From NCBI RefSeq assembly GCF_963853765.1, contig NC_088856.1, forward strand, positions 9,362,001 to 9,426,000: DNA of 64,000 nucleotides. The letters are read 5' to 3'. Source of the stretch: Magallana gigas. Lineage: Eukaryota. Of the stretch, positions 60,017-64,000 are shown piece by piece. The notes beneath the pieces were generated by a model that worked only from the letters and a program-made list of their open reading frames with translations, searched no databases and had not been told where the DNA came from. Numbering within the stretch: position 1 is the first letter of the stretch; each line of letters starts with the position of its first letter. The position numbers were made by a program, and so were the translations under genes.

Positions 60017-63000
60017 TACTAGTATGTCGTTATGACGAAATAAAACCAAGCAATACAAGATTCTTTGATATACAGAAATGTGTCAAGGGTTACGGCTTAT
60101 CTCTTGTTTTACACATAGTGTTATAACATTTAATTATATCAAATCAAAAAATAGATTGAAAATATTAACAGACGTCTATAACAATAATTAATATTGTTTT
60201 TTTCTTGCCTTTCACATTTTATAAATGAGGTCACGGCGCATGGTCAAAATTTGTGTTATGTCAACAATAAACCATATAATGTTGAAAGTTATATCAATAA
60301 ATTGGGCTTAAAACCAAATAATATTGAAACACCAAATAAAATATAGTCATGGTATTCTTTGTATTAAATAATGACGAGATATATTGTTTTGTCGAACAGA
60401 TATTAGTCACTAAAGACAAATAGTCCTCTTTAGAATTGACTAAAAACATCGACGTCGCCGGACGTCACGGCGCAACGAGAAGTACCAATAGAATGGATTA
60501 AACTTGGAAAAAAGCCGATACAAGCTGTGAAAATGCTCAATGGTGCCAAAAATCAATTCTACTATTATTTTAAAGTTGTTGTTTAACGGCAATACATTTT
60601 GTGTGTGTGATGGTAATTGTATTTTGAATATAAAACAGTCCGAAAGAGAGTAGAATGTCTGTAAATATTTTGTCAAAAAATAAGTAAAGTCAACCGACGT
60701 TCAGGGTTAACCTTACTGTAAACAAGATTACAGACGGTTACAAAATGAAAACTTTGATAAACTAGCTTATGATACTCGAATAAATATGTGCAAATAAGAT
60801 GTTAAGTTGTTTAGTGCCATTTTAAAATGTAAGGAGAAAGGCACAAGAGACTAAGCGTGTTGTAAAGATGAGGTATATCTATAAACTGTGCGTGTTTTAT
60901 CTTGACGTCATGTTTTGAATGTTACCGTGCGCCGTGGTGACAAAATCAGTTGTTTTTCAAAAGTGTACTCAATCTGACACAGAACACACAAACATATATT
61001 CTTAAAAAATGACTCTCCTCTCACCTTAAAATCTATCCTACTACCCAGATACTATCTTTCTAACTAAACCTTTATTTTTATTACATTTTAAACAGTGAGA
61101 TAATGTTATTGATCCATTGAAAAAAGAGATATTCTCGTGGGTATGATAAGGCAACTCTTAGCGATCGTTTGAGGAAAAAATCTTCTGATCAATATGACGT
61201 CACAATAAGCAGCATGATGTCATATTTTAATCAGAAACATGTCAATATTTACTTTTTCTCTGGTTTAAATTTTAAAAACTACAGGTGTAAATTGTCACTA
61301 GAAACTCTTCTAACTGAATATATCTTTGGTTTCTCTGTATTACGTATAATTATCGTTGATGACGTCACATGCATGTTCAATAGAGAAGATCAATGTCGGG
61401 AGACAAATCGTCGGAATGCAGAGTAAACAGTGTCGAAATAAGACTTATTTGATACAGATATTCAAAATTTAGATGAATAGCAGTTAGGATATAATCAGGA
61501 TCATACAGGCATGGATGTTTTGTTTCATCAGCGAGTTCTATGAGGTAAGCAGATAGACATTTATATGGCTTGACCTGCCTTTTCTCTGTCAATGGGTACA
61601 AAAAGGCATAAGTGTAACACTACGCCGAAAATTACGAAAGTTGAATTTGGTAAATAGCAAAAGCACAAAACCTAATATACTTGAAAAGTGCTGCTAGAAT
61701 CCTGTGTTTTGTTGTTGTAAATAAAAAATACGAAGTATTTTCAATTAATCTGAAGAAGTTAAGAAGGTTTCCGATAAATAATGACAATATTTATTTTATG
61801 CGAATAAATATAGGATTCCAGCAGTAATACTAGTCTTATAAACATGAACTAATTGCCTATTGAATTGTTGTATAATACTTACAAATGAACTTGGGGGTAG
61901 AAGTTACACTTTTTGATTTTTTGTTAAGGTTAAACGGTTATCTTTTTTTAACTGTCATATGATACCATGGCAGGACAGCTTCAACGATTGACTTGATTCC
62001 GAAGTAGAAAAATAATATCATGTCGAACACATTTACTTGATATTAATATTCAGCACTGTTTTCATAAAAAATAACAATTTTCAAATTGATCATAATATCG
62101 ACGGTCATTAAACTCTGAGTTGCCTTAACCTACCCGCGCTTTTACATTCTGGAGGTATGGAAAAGTATACACTGTGAAAGTATAAGAAATTTGTATCCTA
62201 TCATAGTAGGACAGAATGTCATCCGCACAAAGATGATGACATGTGAGAGCAAAAACAACTCGACAGCCCAAAAAATGACCATCGATCTCTAAAATTTATA
62301 CGACTCTAACCTTTATAGAATAACAGAGATTCAATATTCCTGAATTTCATTTACTTATTAGCCAAAACAAAAAAAATCTTCTTATGATTTTCTTAATTTA
62401 AAAATCCCCACTTTGATTTGTCTTCAAAAGTAGTCCGTCCCTGAAAATTAATAAATCTATTAATCATTTTAAAAAAAACCACACATTTTTTGGTAAATTC
62501 AACATTTAAACAATGAATTCTTTAAGATGATGTTATATTAAAGTTGTTCAATTATTCAAACCCGTTGTGTTGATCATTTGTGTATATTTCTGATGGCCTA
62601 CATTCACCACGTAATATGTGCTTTGCACTTTTGAAAATGTAAAATAAAAATCGTTTCTCACGAGGAACATAACATCCGTATCTAACTACAAAGCAAAGGT
62701 ATCCTCTATTTTCCTTCATATTTATAAGTTCTGTCATTACTAGACCCCGTAACACTTTTGCTTTTCTTTCTCCTGTCAACCTTCTGCTTCCTTTTTCTGT
62801 TCAACATATATATTTCCAATAGTTACATAATGACAAAAAGAAAACAATTCGAATAAAGAACAAGGGACGTTATTGGCCAAAAAATGCCGTGTTTTAAAAT
62901 CTAATGATACCTACCATTTTCAAAAGCCAAGAATAAACAAAACTCAATGGTATATGATTTATTCATATAACTTTAGTGTAAGTATGATATACTTAACGTT

Positions 63001-64000
63001 AAACACGGCGCCTTTTTAAAACGAAACGTCGACATTTTACGAAGCCTTTAACGCGGCGTCATAAACATGATGGACAGGCTTAACTGGGTTTTAACACAAC
63101 CAAACATTTCTCTTATTTTTTTTAAATTTTTGTTTTTTGGTATTAGTATTTATTTCCAAACTTTCCATTCCCTTTGTTTAGAATAAGAATTTCGTATTAA
63201 CTAACCCGACATAGTTAGGGAATCCGTACTGCAGAGAAATACTCGAAAGCCAGTAGACGTAAATGAATATATTATTTACATCCATCAAGTATGATTCCCT
63301 CTATTTTATTACGAAAATGGATTGTACATTTATAGCTCTGTTGAAATTGACAGAACTGAAATATAAACGATCCAGTTCTTACTAGTTTATCGATCGGTCG
63401 AAACCTTAAGCAACCTAAGAAAAATCCCGGACTACACAAAATAATCATGGTGATGTCAATCAAATTCCAATAGGATACGATTTGGCTGTTTCTTATACCT
63501 AACGTACTCATGTACGTAACAATAATTTTGTTAATTTTTCTGGCTTTTTTCAACCAATTTATTAATTTGTTGATAAAAAGATGTAAATATAAACAATAAA
63601 TTAGCGATCAATGCAGAGAAAAAGAACGCAGGTAATGTAATTTTTCTGCAATGTCGCCACCTTCTTTTACCGCATGAATCACCATAGAAAGCATTTTGTT
63701 GTTTAATATCTTAATTATACTTTGTTAGTTTCTTGATTTTTTTCTAATACACAAACGACTACATGTAATTTAAGACAATCGACGCGCGTGGATAGAACAA
63801 TTTAGCAACTTTATAAATGCGGGAATTTCACAAAGAAAATCATTTACCAACCGGTACAATAATATACAAGAAAACTGATTAATTAAACAGATGAATAATA
63901 TATTTTGTTATACTTTCATGTTAAATACTGAAATCTGATTGGTTAAGACGCAGTTAATAATATTTACTATTACCCTCAGCGTTAGCAACGCACTTGGCAA

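Noticed and set aside
63890-64000. Start of a possible interspersed element (tactgaaatctgattggttaagacgcag...)
   Set aside because: Resembles a repeat I recall from oysters, but it is truncated by the window edge with no second copy or terminus to support a call.

Overview
AT-rich, intron-containing eukaryotic DNA with six assembly gaps. The repeat content and protein families look molluscan (oyster/bivalve-like); this is inferred from recalled families, not searched. Manual splicing recovers two genes that the ORF track misses or fragments. (1) A minus-strand gene running off the left edge, with four exons (2294->1125), encodes a signal peptide plus an SHFRGG-type 'integrin beta-like (Sib-like)' extracellular domain. 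(2) A plus-strand gene of at least 10 exons (<=26492-45879) has compatible splice phases at every junction that can be checked. It encodes a 10-Cys ectodomain, one transmembrane helix, a Roc GTPase, a COR domain and about 10 C-terminal ankyrin repeats. This apparent receptor-type ROCO protein with no kinase or death domain is the most interesting object in the window. The rest is mostly mobile DNA: a decayed RTE-clade LINE, two other LINE RT fragments, two Penelope-like fragments, a decayed DIRS/Ngaro-type YR retrotransposon (SGNH hydrolase ORF 5' of gag, a 149-bp tandem array, deleted recombinase), a non-autonomous CACTA element with perfect TIRs and TSD, several Helitron/Helentron-derived satellite-bearing elements, MITEs, a three-copy repeat with a ~110-bp hairpin showing copy-specific compensatory changes, and microsatellites. 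No rRNA, tRNA or CRISPR array was recognised. Boundaries of decayed repeats are approximate; exon coordinates were counted by hand.
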